Shown piece after piece: positions 40,433 through 50,448 of a stretch of DNA of 61,924 nucleotides. The stretch covers positions 1-61,924 of the forward strand of contig JAGGYA010000018.1 of assembly GCA_021162785.1 (NCBI GenBank), in the 5' to 3' direction. The notes beneath the pieces are model-generated. The model saw only the letters and a program-made list of their open reading frames with translations, was not told the DNA's origin and searched no databases. Source of the DNA: Candidatus Calescamantes bacterium. Lineage in GTDB: Bacteria > CAIJMQ01 > JAADFP01. The number at the start of each line of letters is the position of its first letter. The first letter of the stretch is position 1. The position numbers were made by a program, and so were the translations under genes.

Positions 40433-42090
40433 GAGATTTTCTTTAATCCTCTCAGATGTAAGATGGGTCTTACCTCTCCTTCCCAGTTTTCCAGCCTTGG
40501 AGTGTAAACCAGGTCTATCCTGTCTCCCTGTCTTATTCTCTCGGTTAATTTCCCTGCCCAGCCCAGGCCAATAACCTGAAAATGAAGCCTTTCTCCTTTT
40601 ACCCAGAATTTCAAATGGTTACCTCCCACATAACGGGGTGGTGTTACTAAGGTAACATTTCTTGAAAGAAGGAGAGGTTCTGGATTTCCTTCACCAAAAG
40701 GTGAAAGGAGAGAAACTTCACGGAAAAATTTAAGGTTGAGATTATCCAGAGGTACTTCAGTGTCTATCTCCAGAGCAAGTTTACCTTCTTCCACTTCCGA
40801 TTCCAACTCTTTTAATCTTTTCCTAAACTCATCCACTTTTTCGGGAAGGATCTCAAAACCTCCTGCCCGCGAATGACCACCATAACTCAAAAGTAGATGG
40901 GAAGACTTCTCCAAAAGAGAAAATATATCCGCTCTGTTCCTGCTTCTTGCAGAACCTTTGCCAAAAGAAAAACTTTTATCGGAGGGGAGGGAAATAACAA
41001 AAGCAGAACAGGACTTCCTCTCCGCAATTCTTGAAGCTACTATCCCCAAAACTCCGGGATGCCATCCCTTACCCGCATACACCCGAATTTTTCCATCTTC
41101 CTCCATAAATTCAACTTCTTTAAGAACTTTCTCCTCCTCCCTTCTCCTTTTCCGGTTATCCATCTCCAGGGAAAGAGCAATCTCCTCTGCTTCCAGTCCA
41201 TCCTTGATTAAAAGATCCAACGCTTTCCGGGCATGGTCCATTCTCCCTCCCGCATTTATACGCGGAGCAAGAATATAAGAAATATCCCAGGGACGAAGCG
41301 TCCTCCCTTTAAGACCACAGAGATCAAGGAGCGCATTTAGCCCTTTTCTTGTAGTAGAGGGTAAAAGTTTCAATCCAAGTTTTACCAGAGTCCTATTCTC
41401 ACCCTTTATAGGAACCACATCAGCAATTGTCCCTATACTAACTAAATCCAGGCTTCGATAAGCTTCTTCTTCATCCAGATATTGGAGGAGTTTAAAGGCC
41501 ACTCCACATGCGGAAAGTTCCTTCCCGGGAGATTCAGGATAGATATGGGGGTTAACCAAAGAATAAGCGGGAGGGAGATCTCCTTTACGTAAATGATGGT
41601 CAATTACTATTACATCTATGCCTCTTTTCCTTGCTTCCCAGCATGCTTCTACACCTTCTGTTCCACAGTCTACAGAAATTATCAAACTAACTCCATTCCT
41701 CGCTGCTTTTTCCACCACATGCATATGGAAACCAAATCCTTCCTCTATTCGATGGGGGATATAAACTTCAGGTTCAACTCCCATCTTCTGGTAATAATTG
41801 TGGAGAAGTGCGAGGCCAGTAATACCATCTGCATCATAATCACCATAAAGAAGCACTTTTTCTTTTTTTCTTATGCTCCATTTTATCCTTTCCCCTGCTT
41901 TTTCCAGACCCGGGAAGTTCTGGGGAGGGGTGAGGGAGGAAAGAGAAGGATGAAGAAAATCCTTTGCTTCCTGGACACCCTTTATCCCTCGCTGGAGAAG
42001 GAGAATAGCCAAAAGTGGGGTAACACGAAGACTCTGAGATATTCTTTCTACATCATAAGGATTGGGTTTTTCTTTAATCTTCCATTCCAT
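40429..42090 (-). CDS. recJ: Single-stranded-DNA exonuclease RecJ
   Basis: [44 protein letters not shown]. Confidence 0.95.
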   Translation of the reverse strand: MEWKIKEKPNPYDVERISQSLRVTPLLAILLLQRGIKGVQEAKDFLHPSLSSLTPPQNFPGLEKAGERIKWSIRKKEKVLLYGDYDADGITGLALLHNYYQKMGVEPEVYIPHRIEEGFGFHMHVVEKAARNGVSLIISVDCGTEGVEACWEARKRGIDVIVIDHHLRKGDLPPAYSLVNPHIYPESPGKELSACGVAFKLLQYLDEEEAYRSLDLVSIGTIADVVPIKGENRTLVKLGLKLLPSTTRKGLNALLDLCGLKGRTLRPWDISYILAPRINAGGRMDHARKALDLLIKDGLEAEEIALSLEMDNRKRRREEEKVLKEVEFMEEDGKIRVYAGKGWHPGVLGIVASRIAERKSCSAFVISLPSDKSFSFGKGSARSRNRADIFSLLEKSSHLLLSYGGHSRAGGFEILPEKVDEFRKRLKELESEVEEGKLALEIDTEVPLDNLNLKFFREVSLLSPFGEGNPEPLLLSRNVTLVTPPRYVGGNHLKFWVKGERLHFQVIGLGWAGKLTERIRQGDRIDLVYTPRLENWEGEVRPILHLRGLKKIS

Positions 42091-42916
42091 ATTTATTCTT
42101 TAAAATATCTGCAAGTTTCTCCAAATCCTCTAAGGATAGATTTTCCCCTCTTTCATAGGGTGAAATATTCAATTGTTTCCAGTCCTCTTGGGTTAACTGA
42201 GGGAATACATTGTGAATCATTTTCCTTCTTTTCTGGAATATCATCTCTGCAATCCTCAAAATTCTTTTCTCATCCCTCCTTTTTCTCCTTCGATGAATGG
42301 TAATCCTAACTATTGCAGAATCAACCTTTGGAGGAGGGAAAAAAACATTCCGGGAGACCCAGTGAAGAACCTTTGCTTTCCCGTAAAGATTAACCTTTAC
42401 AGTAAGGAGTGAATAGTTTTTGTGCCCGGGAGAGGAAGCAAGTTTCATAGCCACCTCTTTCTGAAGGGTGAGAAGGATCAATCCTATACGAGAAGGGTAA
42501 TCCAGCAAACGGGTGATGAGACTGGAGGTGATGCTGTAAGGAGGATTAGAAACCACTTTCCAGTTCTTTTCTTTCCTCAGGATGTCCCAGAGGTTAACCT
42601 TTAAGAAATCTCCCTGAATAATCCTAACCTGAGGGAAATCTTTAAGAAGCTCCTTCAATATTCCACAGAGCCGGGGATCTTTTTCCACTGCATAGACTTT
42701 AGCTCCCCTTTCTGCTAAGGGGACGGTTAAAGTTCCCACTCCCGCCCCCACTTCCAGAACCGGATCTCCCCCCTTCACCTCTGCTAAATTTATCATTTTT
42801 TCTATTAAGTTCCTATCAATAAGGAACCTTTGTCCCCATTTATCCTTTAGTCGGATATCTCCCAGGACACTTTTAAGGAACCGGGGTGAGTGAAGTGGGA
42901 GTTCCAGTTCCAACAT
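42074..42916 (-). CDS. rsmA: 16S rRNA adenine dimethyltransferase
   Basis: GQ.FLID, LEVGAG.G.LT, VE.D, NPPY.I, QKEVA, F.PPPKVDS. Likely ATG 42916. Confidence 0.95.
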   Translation of the reverse strand: MLELELPLHSPRFLKSVLGDIRLKDKWGQRFLIDRNLIEKMINLAEVKGGDPVLEVGAGVGTLTVPLAERGAKVYAVEKDPRLCGILKELLKDFPQVRIIQGDFLKVNLWDILRKEKNWKVVSNPPYSITSSLITRLLDYPSRIGLILLTLQKEVAMKLASSPGHKNYSLLTVKVNLYGKAKVLHWVSRNVFFPPPKVDSAIVRITIHRRRKRRDEKRILRIAEMIFQKRRKMIHNVFPQLTQEDWKQLNISPYERGENLSLEDLEKLADILKNKYGMED

Positions 42917-42951
42917 TAGTTTTATTTTACCCCAATCTGATAAAATTAAGA

Positions 42952-43854
42952 ATGAAGGAATTTCCTTCAGATTACCGGAGTGGTTATGTAGCCTTAGTTG
43001 GTCCTCCAAATGTAGGGAAGTCCACTCTCCTTAATTATCTTATCGGTGAAAAAATATCCATAATTTCTCCTCGTCCACAAACTACAAGATTCTTAGTAAG
43101 AGCTATCGTTACTTTCCCGGAAGCACAGCTTGTCTTTGTGGACACTCCTGGGCTTCTGGAAGCAAGCCGACTTAAAACCCCTGTGGAAAGAGCATTTGTT
43201 ATCCAGGCACTGAAATACCTTGAGGAAGTGGATATTGTGGTAATGATGGTGGAACCCCATCCTCCACGGGAAGAAGAAATTTATTTAGTGGAGAGAATAG
43301 AAGAGATAAAGAAGAAAACAATTCTGGCCATAAATAAGATGGATAAGGTTAAATCCGATTATGTGGAATGGCTGATGGAAGAATACAAGAAAATAGGGGA
43401 TTTCCATCGTATTATTCCCATTTCTGCCAAGAAAGGGACAAATGTCACAATTCTGGTAGGAGAAATAATTCTTGCACTTCCTTTCCAGCCCCCCATTTAT
43501 CCAGAAGACATAAAAACAGACCTTCCCAGAGAACTGTGGATAGCGGAAATTATAAGAGAAAAAATCTTCCATCTCACTTATTATGAAGTTCCTTATGCAA
43601 CCTTGGTAAAAGTAGAGGAAATGAAAGATAAAGGGAAAGTGTTCTACATAAAGGCTACTATATTTGTAGAAGAACCTTCTCAGAAAGGGATTCTGGTAGG
43701 TAAAGGGGGGAAAATGATAAAAGAAATTGGGAGACGAGCACGAGAAGAACTGGAAGTTTCTCTGGGTAAGAAAGTATACCTTGAACTGGAAGTAAGAGTA
43801 GAAAAGGGATGGAGAAGAAGAGAAAGTTCTCTGAAAGAGTTAGGACTAACCTGA
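42952..43854 (+). CDS. era: GTPase Era
   Basis: G.PNVGKSTL, PQTTR, DTPG, NK.D, EIIREK, SQKGI.VGKGG KH domain. Likely ATG 42952. Confidence 0.96.
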   Translation: MKEFPSDYRSGYVALVGPPNVGKSTLLNYLIGEKISIISPRPQTTRFLVRAIVTFPEAQLVFVDTPGLLEASRLKTPVERAFVIQALKYLEEVDIVVMMVEPHPPREEEIYLVERIEEIKKKTILAINKMDKVKSDYVEWLMEEYKKIGDFHRIIPISAKKGTNVTILVGEIILALPFQPPIYPEDIKTDLPRELWIAEIIREKIFHLTYYEVPYATLVKVEEMKDKGKVFYIKATIFVEEPSQKGILVGKGGKMIKEIGRRAREELEVSLGKKVYLELEVRVEKGWRRRESSLKELGLT

Positions 43855-46185
43855 AGTCAATGCGTGGCTGAAAACTTCCATGAGATCTTTTACAAAAATG
43901 AACCGCATTTTCTTCCTTATCTCTTCCGGTATTTCTTCAAGGTCTTTTTTATTTTTTTCCGGCAGTATAACTGTCTTTACACCTGCACGGTGAGCTGCCA
44001 GCACTTTTTCCTTAATTCCTCCCACTGGTAATACCTTCCCTTTCAAAGTTATCTCCCCAGTCATTGCTACATCACCTTTCACAGGTTTATTTGTAAGAAG
44101 TGAAACAAGAGCTGTAGCAATGGTAACCCCTGCGGAGGGGCCATCTTTTGGTATAGCACCATGAGGGACATGTATATGGATATCTGAGTATTCAAAGAAA
44201 TCCTCGGGAATTCCCAGGTCAAGTGCTCGGGAACGGATGAAACTCAAAGCAGCTTTTGCCGATTCCTGCATTACCTCACCCAGCTGTCCAGTGAGGGTGA
44301 GTGACTTTTTCCCTCGCATTTTAGTAGCTTCCACAAATATTATTTCTCCTCCATGGGGTGTCCAGGCAAGTCCAGTAGCTACACCAGGTTCTCTTGTTCT
44401 TTCCACAACTTCCATGAAGTATCGTTGAGGGCCAAGATATGTCTCTACATCCTTCTCTTTAACTTTGAAGGGGCCTGAGTTACCTTCTGCCACCTTCTTA
44501 GCTATTTTTCTCAAAACATTGGCAATTTCTCTTTCCAGGTTTCTCACACCAGCTTCACGAGTATAATCCCGAATAATCTTTCTTATAGCCTTTTCCGTGA
44601 ATTCTATCTCCACTTTCTCCAGACCATTTTCTTTTATCTGTCGGGGGATGAGATATCTTTCAGCTATTTTTACCTTCTCCTCTTCTGTGTATCCTGGAAG
44701 CTCTAAGACTTCCATTCTATCCCTTAAAGCAGGAGGGATAGTGTCCAGAATATTGGCTGTGGTAATGAACATCACCTGAGAAAGATCAAAAGGAACATCC
44801 AGATAATGATCCATAAAGGAATGATTTTGTTCAGGGTCAAGCACTTCAAGAAGTGCTGCAGAAGGATCTCCCCGGAAATCCAGACCAATCTTATCCACTT
44901 CATCCAGCATAAACACAGGGTTCTTGGTGCCTGCTCTTCTTATCCCCTGGATAATTCTTCCGGGTAATGCTCCCACATAAGTTCTTCTATGTCCTCTTAT
45001 TTCCGCTTCATCCCGAACCCCTCCCAAGGATATTCTCACAAATTTCCTCCCAAGAGCCCGGGCAATTGACTGTCCCAAGGAAGTTTTCCCCACACCAGGC
45101 GGTCCTACAAAGCAGAGAATAGGCCCTTTCATATCTGCTTTTAGTTTCCTCACTGCCAGATAATCTAAAATCCTTTCCTTCACCTTATTCAGATTGTAAT
45201 GGTCCTCATCGAGTATCTTTTTGGCTCTTTCAATGTCCAGATTATCCTGGGTGGTTTTGGACCAGGGCAAATTTATAAGCCAGTCAAGATATGTCCTTAT
45301 AACCGTATACTCAGCTGCATGAGGAGGAAGTTTTGCCAGCCTATCCAGCTCTCTTCTTGCTTCTTTTTCCACCTCAGGAGGCATTTTTGCCTCTTTAATC
45401 TTTGTCTCCAGTTCACGGATCTCAATTGTCCTTTCATCCTCCTCACCCAGCTCTTTTTTAATTGCTTCAAGTTGTTGCCTGAGGAAAAATTCCCGCTGAG
45501 CTTTGTCAAGCTGAGCCTTGGTTTCTTCCTCAATTTTTGTTTTGAGTTCTAAGACTTCTAATTCTCTGGAAAGTATACGGGTGACTTCTTCTATTCTCTC
45601 CCGAACCGGGATAGTCTCCAGCACTTTCTGTCTCTCCTTGGCAGGTATGGGGAGATGTGCGGAGATGAAATCTGCAAGTTTCCCAGGTGAAGGAATATTA
45701 AGTGCAGCAATGTAAGCTTCCTGAGGTATATGAGGAGAAAGTTTACTGACTTTCTCAAAAAGTGAAAGGAGAGTTCTCATCAAAGCTTCAATTTCCAATG
45801 TCTTCTCATCTTTCTCCTCAATTTTTTCAATATAAGCGGTAAAGTAAGGGACTCTTTCTGAAAAATTGGTGATCCGCATCCGGGAAATCCCCTGCACAAG
45901 AACCTGTACCTGCTGAGTGGGAAGCTTAAGCATCCGGAGAAGTTGGACAACACAACCTACAGTATAGAGATCGGTTTCCTTAGGTTCATCAATAGATGGA
46001 TCTTTCTGCAGGAGCACACCGAATATTTTGTCTTTCACGGATATATCTTCAAGAAGTTTGACATTGGGAGGTCTACCTACCAGAAGAGGAAGAATCATCC
46101 CAGGGAAAATCACGGTGTCTCTTAAAGGAAGAATGGGAAGGTGTGAAGGAATGAGAAGTGATTTTTCTTCTGTAGAAGATTCCAT
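43846..46185 (-). CDS. lon: ATP-dependent protease La (Lon), copy 2
   Basis: [38 protein letters not shown]. Confidence 0.97.
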   Translation of the reverse strand: MESSTEEKSLLIPSHLPILPLRDTVIFPGMILPLLVGRPPNVKLLEDISVKDKIFGVLLQKDPSIDEPKETDLYTVGCVVQLLRMLKLPTQQVQVLVQGISRMRITNFSERVPYFTAYIEKIEEKDEKTLEIEALMRTLLSLFEKVSKLSPHIPQEAYIAALNIPSPGKLADFISAHLPIPAKERQKVLETIPVRERIEEVTRILSRELEVLELKTKIEEETKAQLDKAQREFFLRQQLEAIKKELGEEDERTIEIRELETKIKEAKMPPEVEKEARRELDRLAKLPPHAAEYTVIRTYLDWLINLPWSKTTQDNLDIERAKKILDEDHYNLNKVKERILDYLAVRKLKADMKGPILCFVGPPGVGKTSLGQSIARALGRKFVRISLGGVRDEAEIRGHRRTYVGALPGRIIQGIRRAGTKNPVFMLDEVDKIGLDFRGDPSAALLEVLDPEQNHSFMDHYLDVPFDLSQVMFITTANILDTIPPALRDRMEVLELPGYTEEEKVKIAERYLIPRQIKENGLEKVEIEFTEKAIRKIIRDYTREAGVRNLEREIANVLRKIAKKVAEGNSGPFKVKEKDVETYLGPQRYFMEVVERTREPGVATGLAWTPHGGEIIFVEATKMRGKKSLTLTGQLGEVMQESAKAALSFIRSRALDLGIPEDFFEYSDIHIHVPHGAIPKDGPSAGVTIATALVSLLTNKPVKGDVAMTGEITLKGKVLPVGGIKEKVLAAHRAGVKTVILPEKNKKDLEEIPEEIRKKMRFIFVKDLMEVFSHALTSG

Positions 46186-46189
46186 TTTA

Positions 46190-46633
46190 TTATTTGACTT
46201 TAATTCTCGTTGTAGAAGTGGACTTTTTAGCCTTTCTTAAAGGGAGATAAATCTCTAAAATCCCCCGTTCATAAGTAGCCTTTATTCTCTCCTCATCCAC
46301 ATCTATCTCCAGAGGGATAATCACCTCAAAGGGACCATAGCTTATCTCCATCTGGTGATAAGCAACTCTTTCCTCCACCATTCTCTCCCTTCGTTCTCCT
46401 CTAATGATGAGATTACCTTTTTCAAGAACCACCTCAAAATCGTCATCCTCCAGTCCAGCTACTTCCACCCGAATAAGGAACCCATCACGGGTTCGGATGA
46501 TATCAGTAAAAGGATGCCAACGCCCTCTTTCTGCAAATAAGGTACTTCTTAAAGGAGAAAAATCACGGAAGAATCTCTCCATTTCCTCCTGAATTCTCCT
46601 TATTTCCTCACCTAATTTCTCACTTAAATCCAT
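46190..46633 (-). CDS. Small heat-shock protein (Hsp20/alpha-crystallin)
   Basis: WHP..DI, EVAG, L.IRGER, E..YG.F, A.Y..GIL.I.LP. Confidence 0.92.
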   Translation of the reverse strand: MDLSEKLGEEIRRIQEEMERFFRDFSPLRSTLFAERGRWHPFTDIIRTRDGFLIRVEVAGLEDDDFEVVLEKGNLIIRGERRERMVEERVAYHQMEISYGPFEVIIPLEIDVDEERIKATYERGILEIYLPLRKAKKSTSTTRIKVK

Positions 46634-46634
46634 T

Positions 46635-46659
46635 TCTCCCCCCTTAAAAAGGGAAAAAA
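46635..46659 (-). promoter_or_regulatory. Candidate fourU-like RNA thermometer in the hsp20 5' UTR
   Basis: mRNA UUUUUUCCCUU-UUU-AAGGGGGGAGA can form an 11-bp stem with 4 G.U pairs covering the SD; -10 TAAAAT at 46668-46673. Confidence 0.55.
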
Positions 46660-46682
46660 CTTAAATTATTTTACAGCATTCT

Positions 46683-48761
46683 CTAAGATTTTTCCTCCTT
46701 TTCCAATTCATCCAAATAAGAAATATCCACCAATATCTCCCTGGGTTTAGATCCTCTGGCTGGTCCAACAATTCCTTTTTTCTCCATAAGGTCTATAAGT
46801 CTTCCTGCACGAGCATATCCAATTCTCATCCGGCGCTGGAGATGAGAAGCAGAGGCCTGGCCACTTGTAAGCACCACTTTCACTGCTTCTTTGAAAAGGG
46901 GATCATCCTCTGCAGGGAGTTCTTCTTTCTCCACCTTTTCAATTATCTCCAAGGGAGGATGTGGAGGTTCCTTCTTCGGATAACGGGAAAGATACTCCAC
47001 CACTCTTTCTATCTCTTCTTCACTTACCAGACATCCTTGAGCTCTAATCAACTCCCGACCCCCGGGAGGAAGATACAACATATCTCCCTTACCCAAAAGC
47101 TTCTCTGCACCTACAGTATCCAAGATGGTCCGGGAATCCACTTTGGAAGAAACCTTGAAAGATATCCGGCAAGGGAAATTTGCTTTTATAACTCCAGTAA
47201 TTACATCCACGGATGGTCGCTGGGTAGCAAGAATGAGATGTATACCGGCTGCTCGTGAAAGTTGTGCCAGCCTCATGATAGAATCCTCAACATCTCGTGA
47301 GGCTACAGCCATAAGATCAGCAAGTTCATCTATTATTACCACCATATAGGGCATTTTCTCTTCTTCCTTCCCTTCCCTTTCCATTTTTCGATTGAATTTC
47401 TCCACATCCCTCACTCCAGCCTCTGCAAGGATAGAGTAACGTTCCTCCATAATTTCAACCATCCATTGCAAAACCTTTGCTGCTTCTTTGCTTCGGGTAA
47501 CAATAGGGGTGTAAAGATGAGGAATGGCAGAAAAAGGTGAAAGTTCCACCATCTTGGGGTCAATTATAATCATCTTCACTTCATCCGGAGTAGATTTAAA
47601 TAAAATACTCATTATGAGTGAATGGAGACACACAGTTTTACCTGAACCAGTAGTCCCTGCGATAAGTAAATGGGGCATCTCTTTAAGATCACCCACCAAT
47701 GGATTCCCGCGTATGTCTTTACCCACAGCCAGTGTCAAAGGGGAAAGCGAGTCCCTGTAAAGAGGAGTAGATAAAACCTCTTTTAAATAAACAAAGCGAG
47801 GTTTAGGATTGGGCATTTCAATTCCAATAACCGCTTTCCCAGGGATAGGGGTAACAATCCTTACACTGGGTGACTTCAAGGCTAAGGCAATATCATCAGC
47901 AAGAGCAGTAATTTGGTGAACTTTAACTCCTGCCCCTGGTTTAAGTTCATAACTGGTAATTACTGGGCCTTTGTGAATGTCCACTACTCTGGCTTCTACG
48001 CCAAACTGAGAAAGCACTTCTTCAAGTCGTTTTGCATTTTCTTTAAGGAAGGTATCGTCTTCTCTTTCTTCCGGAGGAGGATCTTTTAAAAGACTGAGTG
48101 GTGGGAGTTCCAAAACTTCTTCCTCTTCTAAGACCTCCTGGATCGTTTCTTTTACCCTCTCTTCTCGGATTCTTTTCTTCTTCCTTTCCTTAGGTGGTTT
48201 TTTAACTTCTTTTACTGATGGAATTACTCTTCTCCTTAAGGCTCTCCATTTCAGGGTGGGGAACTGGTATCCAGTAAGAGAGAGGATCCCCCAGAGAAAG
48301 AGAAGGAAACCAACAAAAGGTGTTCCTACTTTCCCTAAGAAAGGATGAAGCAGAGAAAAAATGAAATACCCCACCATCCCACCCGAAAAATCCCTTCCCA
48401 CAAATATTTCCCCCCATTTCCCTGTGGGAATCCTGAAAAAAGAGAATAAAAGGGAAGAAGAAAAGACAAAAGCAAACATTGAAAGGGGAAAAATTCTTTC
48501 AATCTCCCTCCCTTTAATCTTCCAAAGTGAAAAAAGAAGAAGGGAGAAGATAATGGAGTAACTCCCCCATCCCAGGAAAAAATAAAGGATGAACCCTGCT
48601 ACATCACCTGCTTCCCCTGTAGGCCCTGAGGTTTCAAGAGCGGGAGCATATAAAAAGGGGAGTCTCTGAGGATTGAAATTAACCAAACTTATAAGCAAAA
48701 AGATGGAAAGGATTAAGAATACTATACCTTCAAAGATTCTCCTTCCCTTTTCACCATTCAT
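46683..48761 (-). CDS. ftsK: DNA translocase FtsK/SpoIIIE
   Basis: N-terminal TM domain, PHLLIAG.TGSGK, IDELADLM, ATQRPSVDVITG, gamma domain LQRRMRIGYARA. Confidence 0.96.
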   Translation of the reverse strand: MNGEKGRRIFEGIVFLILSIFLLISLVNFNPQRLPFLYAPALETSGPTGEAGDVAGFILYFFLGWGSYSIIFSLLLFSLWKIKGREIERIFPLSMFAFVFSSSLLFSFFRIPTGKWGEIFVGRDFSGGMVGYFIFSLLHPFLGKVGTPFVGFLLFLWGILSLTGYQFPTLKWRALRRRVIPSVKEVKKPPKERKKKRIREERVKETIQEVLEEEEVLELPPLSLLKDPPPEEREDDTFLKENAKRLEEVLSQFGVEARVVDIHKGPVITSYELKPGAGVKVHQITALADDIALALKSPSVRIVTPIPGKAVIGIEMPNPKPRFVYLKEVLSTPLYRDSLSPLTLAVGKDIRGNPLVGDLKEMPHLLIAGTTGSGKTVCLHSLIMSILFKSTPDEVKMIIIDPKMVELSPFSAIPHLYTPIVTRSKEAAKVLQWMVEIMEERYSILAEAGVRDVEKFNRKMEREGKEEEKMPYMVVIIDELADLMAVASRDVEDSIMRLAQLSRAAGIHLILATQRPSVDVITGVIKANFPCRISFKVSSKVDSRTILDTVGAEKLLGKGDMLYLPPGGRELIRAQGCLVSEEEIERVVEYLSRYPKKEPPHPPLEIIEKVEKEELPAEDDPLFKEAVKVVLTSGQASASHLQRRMRIGYARAGRLIDLMEKKGIVGPARGSKPREILVDISYLDELEKEEKS

Positions 48762-49198
48762 TTTTTACCTGTACTCCCCCAACCTTTCTCCCCTCTTGCT
48801 GTCTCCTCAAGATCACCTTCTTCCCACTTCACCACCATACAGGGGATAACCAGTAGCTGAGCAATCCTCTCTCCCTTTTTGATTTTAACCTCTTCTTTCC
48901 CGCTGTTTAAAAGAATTACCCCCACTTCACCTCGGTATCCTGAGTCTATCACACCTGCAAGAGTATGAAGCCCCTCCCTTAAAGCCAGGCCACTTCTATC
49001 TTTTATTATACCCGCATAACCAGGGGGGATGGCTATTTTTATCCCTGTGGGGACAAGTCTTCTTTCACCAGGAGGAATGGTTATATCCACCCGAGAACGA
49101 AGATCCACTCCTGCATCAAAAGGATGAGCATATTGAGGCAGGGGAAAATCTTCCCCTTCTATTTCCTTTACCTTTTCAATCCTGACTACAATCTCCAT
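48758..49198 (-). CDS. dut: dUTP diphosphatase
   Basis: AG.DL, RSGLA, G.IDSGYRGE, GERIAQL, RG.KGWGSTG. Confidence 0.96.
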   Translation of the reverse strand: MEIVVRIEKVKEIEGEDFPLPQYAHPFDAGVDLRSRVDITIPPGERRLVPTGIKIAIPPGYAGIIKDRSGLALREGLHTLAGVIDSGYRGEVGVILLNSGKEEVKIKKGERIAQLLVIPCMVVKWEEGDLEETARGEKGWGSTGKK

Positions 49199-50445
49199 TC
49201 TCCTTTCTCCAATTCCTTTACAACTTTCTCATCGCCCAGAAAAGCAATATTAAGGAAGGTATCGTCCAGGATTTTCCCTGCTATACTCCTCACATCCTCT
49301 ACACTCACCTTTTCAATTCTTTTTATCACTTCCTCCACAGAAAAGAGTTTCCCATAGTAAAACTGGTGTGAAGCCAATCTACTCATGCGTGATTGAGTAT
49401 TCTCTAAACTCAAAAGTATTCCTCCTTTCAAAAACTCCTTATTCCTCTCCACTTCTTCTTCGCTTACTTCACCCTTTTTAATCTTTCGCAATTCCTCCAG
49501 CACCAGCTGGATTGTATCCTTAGTTTTATCCCCCCTTGTCCCTCCATAAATTCCTAAGAAACCACATCGAGATGTGGAAAGATGGAAGGTGAAGACTTCA
49601 TACACAAGGCCTCTCTCCTCCCTCAGTTTCTGAAAAAGCCGGGAACTCATACCTCCACCCAGCAGGCTTTCCAAAACAAGAAAAGCAAACTTATCTTTGC
49701 TTTTCTGCGATATACCTGGAGTGCCAATAACAAAATGGACCTGTTCTAAGGGGCGATAAAATGCCACCAGTTTCCTTCTCACCACAGGAACTTCTGGAGG
49801 ATCACCTTTTTCTCCCCAAGCAGGCACTTGGAAATTTGAAGAAATCATCCTTTCTGCTTCCGAGAAACTGAAATTACCTGCTAAAGAAATTATAAAAGGG
49901 GAAGAGAAGTAGAACTTCCTATAAAAATCTTTAACTTCTTCCAGAGTGATTTTGGCAATATTTTCCTCTTTCCCTAAGATAGGATAACCCCAGGGAGAAC
50001 TATCCCAGAAATTCTGGGTAAAAGCATCTGAAAGGAATTCCTGGGGTGAATCTTTGCTACCCCTTATCTCCTCAATAACTACTTCCTTTTCCTTAAGGAA
50101 ATCTTCTTTTGAAAAACGTGGATGAAGAAGTAAATCCGCTAAGATTTCTATAGCTTTTTCTAAGTGTGCAGAAGGAATCTTTATCCAGTAACCCGAAACT
50201 TCCCGGGAAGTGAATCCATCAATGCTCCCACCTACCTCTTCCACTTCCTTAACGATTTGTGTAGCATCCCGGTTTTCTGTTCCTTTAAAGAGAAGGTGCT
50301 CCAGAAAATGGGATATTCCGTTATTTTTCTCATTTTCATATGCACTCCCACAAGCCACCCAAACACCAACAGAAACGGAATGATAATGAGGGAGTTCTTC
50401 TCCCACCAAACAGATTCCATTGGGTAAAATTTTTTTCTTAAGCAT
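49186..50445 (-). CDS. M16 (pitrilysin) family zinc peptidase
   Basis: G.SHFLEHLLFKGT (HxxEH), LGGGMSSRLF..LRE.RGL.Y; typical position downstream of pnp. Confidence 0.92.
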   Translation of the reverse strand: MLKKKILPNGICLVGEELPHYHSVSVGVWVACGSAYENEKNNGISHFLEHLLFKGTENRDATQIVKEVEEVGGSIDGFTSREVSGYWIKIPSAHLEKAIEILADLLLHPRFSKEDFLKEKEVVIEEIRGSKDSPQEFLSDAFTQNFWDSSPWGYPILGKEENIAKITLEEVKDFYRKFYFSSPFIISLAGNFSFSEAERMISSNFQVPAWGEKGDPPEVPVVRRKLVAFYRPLEQVHFVIGTPGISQKSKDKFAFLVLESLLGGGMSSRLFQKLREERGLVYEVFTFHLSTSRCGFLGIYGGTRGDKTKDTIQLVLEELRKIKKGEVSEEEVERNKEFLKGGILLSLENTQSRMSRLASHQFYYGKLFSVEEVIKRIEKVSVEDVRSIAGKILDDTFLNIAFLGDEKVVKELEKGEWRL

Positions 50446-50448
50446 GGA

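Noticed and set aside
42886-43009. Apparent head-to-head overlap of rsmA and era
   Set aside because: Artefact of longest-ORF calling; ATGs at 42916 and 42952 with their own -10 boxes remove the overlap.
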